Below are positions 26,873-35,928 of a DNA stretch of 64,000 bases, piece by piece. The DNA is taken from positions 7,028-71,027 of the forward strand of contig JAISGK010000102.1 of the NCBI GenBank assembly GCA_031263155.1. The letters are read 5' to 3'. The DNA comes from Clostridiales bacterium. Its GTDB lineage: Bacteria; Bacillota; Clostridia; Lachnospirales; WQUN01. The translations under genes were made by a program, and so were the position numbers. Position 1 is the first letter of the stretch; each line of letters starts with the position of its first letter. The notes under the pieces were generated by a model that saw only the letters and a program-made list of their open reading frames with translations, did not search any database and had not been told where the DNA came from.

Positions 26873-28816
26873 TCATTCTAAATACAGTACAATCTTGGCG
26901 TTTAGGTTTACCGTCTCGCCCGGCAGGGGGAATTGATCCCTCACTACAGCGCCTTCACCCATTACTTCGCAGGTTAACCCCGTTCCGTTCAGCACTTTTT
27001 TCGCGTATGCCGCGTTAAGGCCGCGCATGTCCGGCACTTCTATACGCACAGATTCGGGCATTTGCTGCTCAAGTTCGTTATATTGTGGTTTTATGTTAAG
27101 ATAAGGCAGTACATTGGCCAAGAGTTCTTTCATAACAGGCCCCGCGACAGTTCCGCCGTAATACACGCCCTGCGGCTCGTCTATAAGCACCAACGCCATC
27201 ACTTGTGGGTTCTCGGCGGGAGCAAACGCTAAAAACGACGCTATGTACTTGCCGTTTCGGCGCGGGAGTTTTTCGCTGGTCGCCGTCTTGCCGCCCACGC
27301 GATAACCCGGTATGTAGGTTTTGTTGCCTGTGCCAGAAAAAACGACGCTCTCCAAAATCATTTTCATTGTTTCCGATGTCTCGGTCGAAAGTATCTTCTC
27401 CCCTTTTTCGTACACAAGTTGTTCTACTACGCTGCCATTGCCGTCTATTACCTCTGTTCCCAGGTGTGGTGTTACAAGATAGCCCCCGTTAACCGTAGCG
27501 GAGGCGGCGCGCAGCAATTGCAGCGGCGTAATGGTAAGCGACTGGCCAAAGCTCATGGTCGCAAGCTCAACAGGCCCTATTTTATCCGCGTTATACATAA
27601 TACCGGTTGCCTCGCCGGGCAGGTCTATGCCCGTCTTTTTGCCAACCTCGAATTTCTGTAAATAGTCGTAAAACTTTTGCGCCCCCAACCTTGCGGCGAT
27701 CTCCATAAAAACGGGGTTGCACGAATTTTCGACACCCTCCACGAATGTTTCCGCTCCGTGCGAGCGCGGGAAACGCCAGCATTTGATCTGCCTGCCCCCT
27801 ACAGCCACAGAGCCGGAGCAATTGAATACGCTTGTTGGGGTAACAACACCCTCTTCAAGCCCTGCGGCGGAGGTTACAATCTTAAATGTAGAACCCGGCT
27901 CATACGTATCATTTAGAGTAAAGTTGCGCCACATTTGATTAAGCGCGTCGGTCTGCTCTTTCTCTGACATCGTGTCCCAAATGGGCAGAAGGTTGGGGTC
28001 TTGAATGGTGAATGGATCGTTAAGATCAAAATCCGGCTTGTTGGCCATGGCGTATATCTCTCCGTTTTGGGGATTCATAATAATAATGGCCCCGCGTGTC
28101 GCGCCTTTGGCCTCAATGGTCTTTTCTATTGTTTGCTCGGCGTATTCCTGTATCAGCACATCAAGGCTTGTGACCAGGTCGTAGCCATCCTTCGGCGGCA
28201 CGCGAACAGAGTGACTGTCGGGCAGTTCCTGACCTATTACATTGGTTTCAGTTTTTATAGCGCCGCTCTCACCCTTCAGGTATTTGTCATATTTAGATTC
28301 AAGCCCAACTATGCCCTGGTTGTCGCGGCCCACAAAGCCTATCACCTGCGAGGCCAACCTGGAAAACGGATATACGCGTTTTATATCTTCATCGACAACA
28401 ACACCGGGCAAGTCAAACGCTCGAATTTTGTCCGCCACGTCCTTTTCGACCTTTGTTTTAATTCTTTCCAACGCCACGCGCTTCAAAACCTTCTGTAGTA
28501 CATCATTATAATCCATTTCCAACTCTTTAGACAATACATTTGCTACTTCTTCGGTATTTTTTATTTGACTGTGAATGACAGAAACCGACGCCACTGTTTC
28601 CGTCAAGGCAATGCCTACCATATTGCGGTCTAGTATAGCCCCGCGTTCCGGCGTAATTAATCTGTCGCGCGTTTGCTGTTCGTATGCCTTTGCCTGCAAT
28701 TCTTCCCCTTCAAACGCCTCAATGTAAAATACGCGCCCGGCAAGGCACGTTAGCATAAATTCCAGCGCGAACAATAAAAAAACCAATTTCTTTTTGGTTT
28801 CTATCCCTGGCTTCAT
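26873..28816 (-). CDS. Class B penicillin-binding protein (FtsI/PBP2B/SpoVD-like) with a C-terminal PASTA domain
   Basis: N-terminal TM helix, transpeptidase motifs STFK and SCN, and one C-terminal PASTA-like segment (VPDMRGLNAAYAKKVLNGTGL...). Confidence 0.9.
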   Translation of the reverse strand: MKPGIETKKKLVFLLFALEFMLTCLAGRVFYIEAFEGEELQAKAYEQQTRDRLITPERGAILDRNMVGIALTETVASVSVIHSQIKNTEEVANVLSKELEMDYNDVLQKVLKRVALERIKTKVEKDVADKIRAFDLPGVVVDEDIKRVYPFSRLASQVIGFVGRDNQGIVGLESKYDKYLKGESGAIKTETNVIGQELPDSHSVRVPPKDGYDLVTSLDVLIQEYAEQTIEKTIEAKGATRGAIIIMNPQNGEIYAMANKPDFDLNDPFTIQDPNLLPIWDTMSEKEQTDALNQMWRNFTLNDTYEPGSTFKIVTSAAGLEEGVVTPTSVFNCSGSVAVGGRQIKCWRFPRSHGAETFVEGVENSCNPVFMEIAARLGAQKFYDYLQKFEVGKKTGIDLPGEATGIMYNADKIGPVELATMSFGQSLTITPLQLLRAASATVNGGYLVTPHLGTEVIDGNGSVVEQLVYEKGEKILSTETSETMKMILESVVFSGTGNKTYIPGYRVGGKTATSEKLPRRNGKYIASFLAFAPAENPQVMALVLIDEPQGVYYGGTVAGPVMKELLANVLPYLNIKPQYNELEQQMPESVRIEVPDMRGLNAAYAKKVLNGTGLTCEVMGEGAVVRDQFPLPGETVNLNAKIVLYLE

Positions 28817-28939
28817 AACAGATCACCCCTTTATGTATACTTGCGACAGATCTTTATTATTACCTCTAACCGTGCGTTTTTTTAAAATGCCGAGCCCATA
28901 AATTAATCTCAAAGCAAATTTGAAATTTGGAAGCTATTA

Positions 28940-28968
28940 TTGAAAATTCTTGTATTCGGTGCTATGAT
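28940..28968 (+). promoter_or_regulatory. Candidate sigma-A promoter for the GH42 gene
   Basis: TTGAAA (28940-28945), a 17-nt spacer, then TATGAT (28963-28968). This implies a ~170-nt leader. Confidence 0.4.
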
Positions 28969-29090
28969 AAGTCGCAGTTCGCTGCTATCTGCTAAAATTC
29001 AGGCAGAGAAAATAGGCGCGCGTATGCCAAACAGCGAGCGCGTCAAAACGCGATACGACAGACTGTAAATTAAGTCGCTTCGCGTCTGCT

Positions 29091-29132
29091 TAGGGCGGCT
29101 TGCGCCGCCCTACTTCAATTCCTACTTCAATT
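29091..29132 (+). promoter_or_regulatory. GC-rich hairpin plus tandem 11-nt direct repeat in the GH42 leader
   Basis: tagggcggc-ttgc-gccgcccta forms a perfect 9-bp stem. It is followed by ctacttcaatt at 29110-29120 and again at 29122-29132. Confidence 0.5.
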
Positions 29133-29147
29133 TGCAAAGGGGCATGT

Positions 29148-31115
29148 ATGGCGTATTTTTGGGACAGCACACTCATTCACGGTGGGGACTATAACCCAGA
29201 CCAGTGGCTTGACAGGCCAGATATTTTGGCCAAAGACATAGAACTAATGAAAAAAGCACACATAAACAGCGCTTCTGTGGCGATTTTCGCATGGTCTAAC
29301 CTTGAGCCTCAAGAAGGCGTGTATAAATTCGAGTGGCTTAAAAATATTATTGATAATCTGTACAATAATGGGATCTACACCATCTTGGCTACGCCGACCG
29401 GCGCAAGGCCGCGATGGCTTGCGGGGTATGAAGAGACCAATCGCGTTAACCGAGACCTTGTGCGTGAACACCCTGGCGAACGTCACAATCATTGCTACAC
29501 TTCACCCATTATGCGCGAGAAAACGCGCGCCATTAATATGAGCCTTGCGCAGTCGTTTGCTGGCCACCCGGGGATAATTTTGTGGCACTTATCTAACGAA
29601 TATGGCGGCGAATGTTATTGCCCGCTGTGTCGAGCCGCGTTTCGCGCATGGCTTAAAGCAAAGTATGGTACTTTGGGCAATTTGAATCACGAATGGTGGT
29701 CTCATTTCTGGAGTCATACCTACACTTCTTGGGATCAAATAGAACCGCCAATAAATATCGGCGATCATAGCATTCATGGGCTTTCGCTTGACTGGAAGCG
29801 TTTTGTGACTCACCAGACGGCAGATTTCTGCGCCTGGGAAAAACAAGCGCTGCGCGACGGCGGATCGCGACTTCCTGTAACAATAAATATGATGGGATTC
29901 TATAACGGAGTTAATTACTTTAAATTCAGAGATATCATAGATATAGGCAGCTGGGACAGTTACCCTTGCTGGCACACCACCGACGACATCAGATTGGCCG
30001 CGCTCACAGCGGCGACTCATGATAAAATGCGCAGTGTAACAGGTAAAAACTTTTTGCTTATGGAAAGCACTCCCAGCATGACCAATTGGTCACATGTAAG
30101 TAAGAACAAGCGTCCCGGCATGCATATGCTTTCTTCTATTCAGGCTATAGCCCACGGCTCCAACTCTGTTCAATACTTTCAATGGCGCAAAGGGCGTGGT
30201 GGCGCGGAGAAATTTCACGGCGCTGTAGTCGGTCACGATGGCGGCGGTGACACGCGGGTTTTTAAGGATGCGCAAGAGGTGGGCGCGTGTCTGAAAGAGC
30301 TTTCCCACGTAGCCCAAACAAGTGTCAACGCCCAAGTCGCTATTATACACGATATGGAGAATAAATGGGCTATGGAAGACGCGGCTGGCCCCCGACGCGC
30401 AGGTCTGCACTATGACGAAACAATCATTGAGCATTATAGGCCTTTTTGGGAAATGGGCATAGCTGTGGATATCCCCGACATGGGATGCAATTTCGATAAA
30501 TATAAGGTCGTGGTCGCGCCCATGTTATACATGTACCGCGAAGATATTCAAAATAAACTTCGCAAGTTTGCGCAAAGCGGCGGTACACTGATAATGACGT
30601 ATTGGAGCGGTATCGTTAACGAAAACGATCTTTGCTGGGAAGGCGCAGTCCCATTTGGGCTTACAGACGTTTTTGGCATCGAGAGCTACGAGATTGACGC
30701 GTTGGATGACAGCGAAGGTTACGACGTACGCTACGATGGCAAAGTTTATAGGCTAACTGAGCTTGCGCAAAGGGTGCGACTAATCAGCGCCGGAGACAAA
30801 CCTTCCAAAATTTTGGCTGAATACCAGTCTGACTTTTGCCCGCGCGAAATTGCTCTTACGAAGAAGCAATATGGCGTTGGTATGGCCTACTATCTGGCGG
30901 GTAAGCTGGATAGTGATTTTATTGGAGCGTTTTACAGGCAACTCGCGGTCGATTTGTCGTTGACCAAGGCTGTTGATATCAAGTTGCCATACGGCGTTGT
31001 CGCCGGTCGGCGCGGTGAGACGCTCATATTTCAAAACTACAACAAGTTTGCTGTTTCATTCGGTTACGAGGGGAAGATTATAGATATGCCATCGTATTCG
31101 GTAAAGATAGTTTAG
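29148..31115 (+). CDS. GH42-family beta-galactosidase
   Basis: MAYFWDSTLIHGGDYNPDQW..., acid/base region WHLSNEYGGECYCPLC (GH42 Cys cluster), ~655 aa. Start moved from the track's TTG at 29100 to ATG 29148, which follows AAAGGGG. Confidence 0.88.
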   Translation: MAYFWDSTLIHGGDYNPDQWLDRPDILAKDIELMKKAHINSASVAIFAWSNLEPQEGVYKFEWLKNIIDNLYNNGIYTILATPTGARPRWLAGYEETNRVNRDLVREHPGERHNHCYTSPIMREKTRAINMSLAQSFAGHPGIILWHLSNEYGGECYCPLCRAAFRAWLKAKYGTLGNLNHEWWSHFWSHTYTSWDQIEPPINIGDHSIHGLSLDWKRFVTHQTADFCAWEKQALRDGGSRLPVTINMMGFYNGVNYFKFRDIIDIGSWDSYPCWHTTDDIRLAALTAATHDKMRSVTGKNFLLMESTPSMTNWSHVSKNKRPGMHMLSSIQAIAHGSNSVQYFQWRKGRGGAEKFHGAVVGHDGGGDTRVFKDAQEVGACLKELSHVAQTSVNAQVAIIHDMENKWAMEDAAGPRRAGLHYDETIIEHYRPFWEMGIAVDIPDMGCNFDKYKVVVAPMLYMYREDIQNKLRKFAQSGGTLIMTYWSGIVNENDLCWEGAVPFGLTDVFGIESYEIDALDDSEGYDVRYDGKVYRLTELAQRVRLISAGDKPSKILAEYQSDFCPREIALTKKQYGVGMAYYLAGKLDSDFIGAFYRQLAVDLSLTKAVDIKLPYGVVAGRRGETLIFQNYNKFAVSFGYEGKIIDMPSYSVKIV

Positions 31116-31217
31116 AGCATATTCAAAAGCCGTTTTTGGGATTTTTGAGTGCCGCGCGAAAGATATAAACGGTCACTTGTCGCCAAGTCCGCTTCCGGCC
31201 TGACTTAAAACATCGTG

Positions 31218-31961
31218 TTATTTTGACGCGCGCAGCATCAAAACACGCTTGATAAACTCAAGATCTTCCGGATAGGTCAATTTGATATTTTCTCTGTTTC
31301 CCATTACCAATTTGACCGGAACGCCCGGCAGATATTTCGCGACCACGCCGCAGTCGTCTGTGCTGTTAAAATCCGGATCCCGCAGCGCGATTTCATATGC
31401 TTTCCTTATGACACCCAGTCGAAATGCTTGAGGGGTTTGCGTATGATACACACGAGAGCGGTCTGGCACATATTCTACGACAGAACCGGCGGCGTCGGAA
31501 ACCAGTATTGTATCCGTCGCGGGTACGACGACATTAACGGCGTCGTACCCGTCAAGATACATCTTTACCGTAAGCAAAACGCCGGGGTTGAGCAACGGAC
31601 GCGCCGCGTCGTGAAATATCAGCGTGTCGTTATCGTGAGCGTGATTGCTACAGTGATCGAGATCAAGATCACAATCGTATGCGTTGACCGCCGCCAAAGT
31701 GGATTGGCGCCGTTGCTCTCCGCCTGGCAAAATTTTTGTCACCTTGCGCCAGCAATTACCCAATATCAATTTTTCAACAGAGTTGATGTATTGTGGATGC
31801 ATGACAATAGCCACTTCGTCTATCGCATCGCTATGTTCAAATAAATCTACAGTATGCTCCAATATCGTTTTGCCCGCGACAGTGACAAATTGCTTGGGAA
31901 TGCCGCCCCCAAAGCGCGCGCCTTCCCCTCCGGCAAGCACTACCCCAATGCAGCGTACCAT
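31218..31961 (-). CDS. IspD/TarI-family cytidylyltransferase (MEP or ribitol-5-P cytidylyltransferase)
   Basis: VVLAGGEGARFGGGIPKQF (GxGxR...PKQ) and FHDAARP motifs. I place the start at ATG 31961, downstream of GGTGGGGG. Confidence 0.75.
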   Translation of the reverse strand: MVRCIGVVLAGGEGARFGGGIPKQFVTVAGKTILEHTVDLFEHSDAIDEVAIVMHPQYINSVEKLILGNCWRKVTKILPGGEQRRQSTLAAVNAYDCDLDLDHCSNHAHDNDTLIFHDAARPLLNPGVLLTVKMYLDGYDAVNVVVPATDTILVSDAAGSVVEYVPDRSRVYHTQTPQAFRLGVIRKAYEIALRDPDFNSTDDCGVVAKYLPGVPVKLVMGNRENIKLTYPEDLEFIKRVLMLRASK

Positions 31962-32070
31962 TCGCTCGCCCCCACCCAATTATTTTCTTGTGCTTTACGC
32001 AACTTATTATACAAGAAGTTCTCCGCTTTATAAAGCGCGCGCCTTTGCCGTTATTTTTTAGCTGTTTGTC

Positions 32071-32099
32071 TTGCTAACGTTATATCCCTATGATAATAT
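32071..32099 (+). promoter_or_regulatory. Candidate sigma-A promoter (extended -10) for the hydrolase gene
   Basis: TTGCTA, a 17-nt spacer ending in TGA, then TAATAT. Confidence 0.4.
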
Positions 32100-32184
32100 G
32101 GCGGTATAGAGAATAGAGTACAAGGAACGGTCAACCACCCCATGCCCAAAGGCAGGGGCTTGTAAACGAGTCCGAGGTGATTTT

Positions 32185-33027
32185 ATGAAGTTATTGACAA
32201 AGTTGTTAATTGCCGGCGGAATTATCGCTGCCCCAATTATCTATAATCGACTTGATTTTATTAACAGGGCGCGTTTCTCGCCCCCTGCCGAAAATGAGAA
32301 ATTTTACGGCTGGCGTTACGGTAAAATAAGATATGTCGTTTACGGAACCGGCACCCCCCTCTTACTTATTCACGGCATTTATCCGGGAGCCAGTTTAGAC
32401 GAATGGAGCGATATTTCATCCTCGATCACACGCAACCACTGTGTTTATAAATTAGACTTGCTTGGCTTCGGACATTCTGATAAGCCCAATATGTCATTTT
32501 CTGCGTATATATATACTTCGCTTATTAATGATTTTATGAGAGACGTGATCGGTTCGCCCACCATAGTCGTGGCTTCAGATTATGCGGCGGCTTACGCCGT
32601 TTTAGGCTATAGAATGGGCGGCAAATTGTACAGAAAACTTCTGATGATTGCCCCTGCCGGTATTTCTCGCGGGCATACATTGCCTACATTTAAGGGTTCT
32701 CTCTTCAAATTTATTTTAGAGTTACCCATTATTGGCACTTTTGCCTATCGTTCGCTTGTGGCACGCCCTATTAAACGCAAAGCGTTCGGCGCGTTGCGCA
32801 ACAAAAGAAACATTGCCGCTAACATACCGGACAGTCTTTCGCCCTCGGCTTTTGTTGGGGGCCCGAACGCTCGTATGCCCATTGCGGCATTGATTTCTGG
32901 TTTTTTGAACGCTAATATCAAAAATAGTATAAGCAATGTTCACATCCCCATGCTTATATTATCCAACGCATGCTATGGTTTATCGGATATTCTACTTAGC
33001 AAGCGAGTAGTTGACTTTGTTGGCTAA
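32185..33027 (+). CDS. Alpha/beta-fold hydrolase-like protein with an N-terminal TM helix
   Basis: PLLLIHGIYPGAS (HG oxyanion region) and LLGFGHSDKP. The nucleophile elbow looks degenerate (VVASDYAAA), so catalytic competence is uncertain. Confidence 0.65.
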   Translation: MKLLTKLLIAGGIIAAPIIYNRLDFINRARFSPPAENEKFYGWRYGKIRYVVYGTGTPLLLIHGIYPGASLDEWSDISSSITRNHCVYKLDLLGFGHSDKPNMSFSAYIYTSLINDFMRDVIGSPTIVVASDYAAAYAVLGYRMGGKLYRKLLMIAPAGISRGHTLPTFKGSLFKFILELPIIGTFAYRSLVARPIKRKAFGALRNKRNIAANIPDSLSPSAFVGGPNARMPIAALISGFLNANIKNSISNVHIPMLILSNACYGLSDILLSKRVVDFVG

Positions 33028-33371
33028 CATATCGGATGTGATATCGAAGTGAAGCATGTCACAAACAAAGGTAAACTTTCAACAATCAACCATATTCAAT
33101 AATATCCTAGCTGCTCTGATTTGTTGGTTTTTTGATTTCTTATGATTTTTGTAGGGGAGCGCGAATTACACGAATAAAATATGGTTATTCTGTGTTGTGT
33201 ATAATTCTTCTCTGTAACTCAAATAATACAATTAACTCAAATAATACCATTGCAAAAAAAGAACAATACAGTTAATATATTCTTGTAGACATGCAAACAC
33301 CACATAAGAATAAATATTATTATTTAGCAGAAAATAAATAAGAGGGACTTAATAAAGGGAGGTATTTAATC

Positions 33372-33917
33372 TTGAAGGCAACTGGGATAGTCAGAAGAAT
33401 TGACGATTTGGGCCGGGTAGTAATCCCAAAAGAGATCAGGCGAACCCTTCGCATAAGAGAGGGCGATCCGTTAGAGATATTTACTGACAGGGAAGGCGAA
33501 ATAATTCTAAAAAAGTATTCGCCTATCGGTGAATTGGGAACATTTGCTAAAGAATACGCGGAAAGCCTCGCTCAATCTGTGGGACATATTACTTGTATTG
33601 TCGATAAGGATCAGATAATTGCCGTTTCTGGCGGGGCAAAAAAAGATTTTTTGGAAAAGCATATTTCTTCAGCATTGGAAAAATCGATAAATCAACGCAA
33701 TACCATCTTATCCAACCGCAGCGAAAGCAGTTTCGTTCCTATACTTGATGAGGACGATCCGAGCACATATAACAATGAATTGATAACCCCTATCATCGCA
33801 GAAGGTGACGTTCTTGGCGCTATTGTACTTTTGTCAAACAACAAAAAGATGGGTGATGTAGAAGAAAAGCTTGCGCAAACGGCAGCCGGATTTTTGGGTA
33901 AACAAATGGAACAATAG
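33372..33917 (+). CDS. spoVT: Stage V sporulation protein T (AbrB-type N-domain plus GAF-like domain)
   Basis: MKATGIVRRIDDLGRVVIPKEIRRTLRIREGDPLEIF...AAGFLGKQMEQ is near-collinear with my recollection of B. subtilis SpoVT. TTG start preceded by AGGGAGG. Confidence 0.88.
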   Translation: MKATGIVRRIDDLGRVVIPKEIRRTLRIREGDPLEIFTDREGEIILKKYSPIGELGTFAKEYAESLAQSVGHITCIVDKDQIIAVSGGAKKDFLEKHISSALEKSINQRNTILSNRSESSFVPILDEDDPSTYNNELITPIIAEGDVLGAIVLLSNNKKMGDVEEKLAQTAAGFLGKQMEQ

Positions 33918-33924
33918 AGGTGTA

Positions 33925-33957
33925 AGAATGAATCGGAGATGGTTCATTCTTTTTTTC
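33925..33957 (+). terminator. Rho-independent terminator after spoVT
   Basis: agaatgaa-tcggagatgg-ttcattct forms an 8-bp stem followed by TTTTTTT. Confidence 0.6.
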
Positions 33958-34035
33958 TTGTATATATGGGTATATATTTGGTTTATATTGGCATTTGTCG
34001 GATATTGCGCCCTGCCAAAAAGTCCACCTTAGTCA

Positions 34036-34064
34036 TTGCCTAAATTGATTATAAATGCTATATT
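34036..34064 (+). promoter_or_regulatory. Candidate sigma-A promoter of dnaA
   Basis: TTGCCT, a 17-nt spacer, then TATATT, about 80 nt upstream of the dnaA ATG. Confidence 0.35.
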
Positions 34065-34145
34065 TTTATTGAAGCTCCAGCAATCGTCAACAATTAATCA
34101 AGAGGATAACTATAAACACTAAAGTGAGAGCTAAGGAGAGCCAAA

Positions 34146-35465
34146 ATGAAAGAGCTAATTGCCGAATATTGGACGCAAGCGCTTGAGCTGCTGGAAAATT
34201 CATACACAGAGGTCGTTTTTAACGCCTGGCTTAAGCCACTAAAACCATATGATTACGACAGCAACGTATTTTTGCTAAAAACAGACGACGATTTCTTTAA
34301 GGCGAGGCTTAACCAACGATATTTGCACGAAATAACTCGCTGCTTGCGAGCGGTCATGAATGCTGATGTTGATGTGCGCGTAATTTCACCGGAAGATTTC
34401 ATTCCTGGCACTGGAGAATTAATTAAGAAAAACGCGTTTCAAACAAATTTGCGTTCAAAATACACCTTCGAAACATTTGTACAAGGCAAGAGCAATCAGG
34501 TGGCTTACGGAGCGGCGCTCACGGTCAGTGAGTCCCCCGGCGAGAAGGGTTATAACCCTCTTTTTTTATATGGCGGGGTTGGGCTGGGTAAAACACACCT
34601 TATGCATTCTATAGGTAATTACATCATTGAACAGACATCGGGCGCCAAGGTTTACTACGTCTCTTCCGAAACCTTCATGAACGAATTTGTCGCGGCCATT
34701 CGCTCTAGCGCCATGTCCTCTTTCCGCGAAAAGTATCGTGATTTGGATGTGTTGCTACTAGACGATGTACAATTTCTTGAAGGAAAGGAAGAGACGCAGG
34801 AAGAACTTTTTCACACGTTTAACACCTTGTATGGGTTTAATAAGCAAATAGTTTTAACCAGCGATCAGCCCCCAAAGGTGATGAAAGGGCTTGAGGAACG
34901 ATTGATATCCCGCTTTGCCATGGGACTCAACGTAGACATTAACAAACCCGATCTCGAAACACGAATGGCAATCTTAGAGAAAAAAACGAAATTTGAAAAA
35001 TTGAGTATTCCGCACGATGTACTACAATACATAGCTCAATATGTGGTATCAAACATACGCGACCTTGAGGGCGCGTTAAACAAGGTGGCAGCCTACTCAC
35101 GGCTTACACACACATTGATAAGCATGGATATGGCCGAAGACGCCTTAAAAGACATGGTAACAGGGGTAGAAAAGCCGGAAATAACAGTAGCGTACATACA
35201 GGGGGTTGTGGCGAGCTATTATGATATAACTGTGGATGACATGTTGAGTACAAAACGCAAACAGAGCGTCGCGTTTCCGCGCCAGGTCGCTATGTATCTA
35301 TCACGAAAGATATTGGATATGTCACTGCCGTTGGTAGGCAAGGCGTTTGGGGGCCGCAACCATTCTACGGTTATACATAGCGTAGAGCGCATACTGGAAT
35401 CGCTTGACAAGGACATAAACCTCCAACGCGTGATATATGACCTTGAGCGTAAGATTAGATCATAG
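34146..35465 (+). CDS. dnaA: Chromosomal replication initiator DnaA
   Basis: AAA+ Walker A GGVGLGKTHL, LLLDDVQF, and domain IV ...PRQVAMYLSRK...FGGRNHSTVIH. RBS AAGGAGAG. Confidence 0.97.
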   Translation: MKELIAEYWTQALELLENSYTEVVFNAWLKPLKPYDYDSNVFLLKTDDDFFKARLNQRYLHEITRCLRAVMNADVDVRVISPEDFIPGTGELIKKNAFQTNLRSKYTFETFVQGKSNQVAYGAALTVSESPGEKGYNPLFLYGGVGLGKTHLMHSIGNYIIEQTSGAKVYYVSSETFMNEFVAAIRSSAMSSFREKYRDLDVLLLDDVQFLEGKEETQEELFHTFNTLYGFNKQIVLTSDQPPKVMKGLEERLISRFAMGLNVDINKPDLETRMAILEKKTKFEKLSIPHDVLQYIAQYVVSNIRDLEGALNKVAAYSRLTHTLISMDMAEDALKDMVTGVEKPEITVAYIQGVVASYYDITVDDMLSTKRKQSVAFPRQVAMYLSRKILDMSLPLVGKAFGGRNHSTVIHSVERILESLDKDINLQRVIYDLERKIRS

Positions 35466-35928
35466 CGCCCAGAGTCATTAATATGATACCAGGGCGCCAT
35501 ATTAATCAAATCTCAACGATTGCGATAAAATCGGCATTGGTCAATCTGTGAAACGGCATACCCGCAAATGACGAAGAACATTTTGTTCATGCGAAAAACA
35601 GTGAATCCTGCGGATACTGAAAATTATCTAGTAATAATTACTGTTTGTCGTTTATAGCCGATATCTTCAATTTCTATAACAATATAGCACGAGGCGCAGT
35701 TCTTGTCGAATGGCCGCTCGCGATCGGCATTGTAAGCTCGGTTTTCATTGCTGTTGTAGCCTTCGCTGAATATTCTCAATAATCGATATTTATATAAACT
35801 ATTCGACAATACCGTGAACATTGTTAAGCAAATTACTATTAGAAATTCTCATTAAAATTTGATTAGAAATCAGTTGCTATTGTATTACAATTATTTCGCA
35901 ATTTTTACGAAACCGCGTTTAGAATGAG

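Noticed and set aside
33250-33371. A sigma-G or sigma-F type promoter upstream of spoVT.
   Set aside because: I found only a weak CATAAGA -10-like element and no properly spaced GnATA -35. That is not enough to annotate.
35624-35821. A 65-aa minus-strand ORF inside the box-free first third of the dnaA-dnaN spacer.
   Set aside because: It has no RBS (tgcttaacaATG), no recognisable motif, and an antisense orientation within an origin region. It could be a gene remnant but is not supportable as a CDS.
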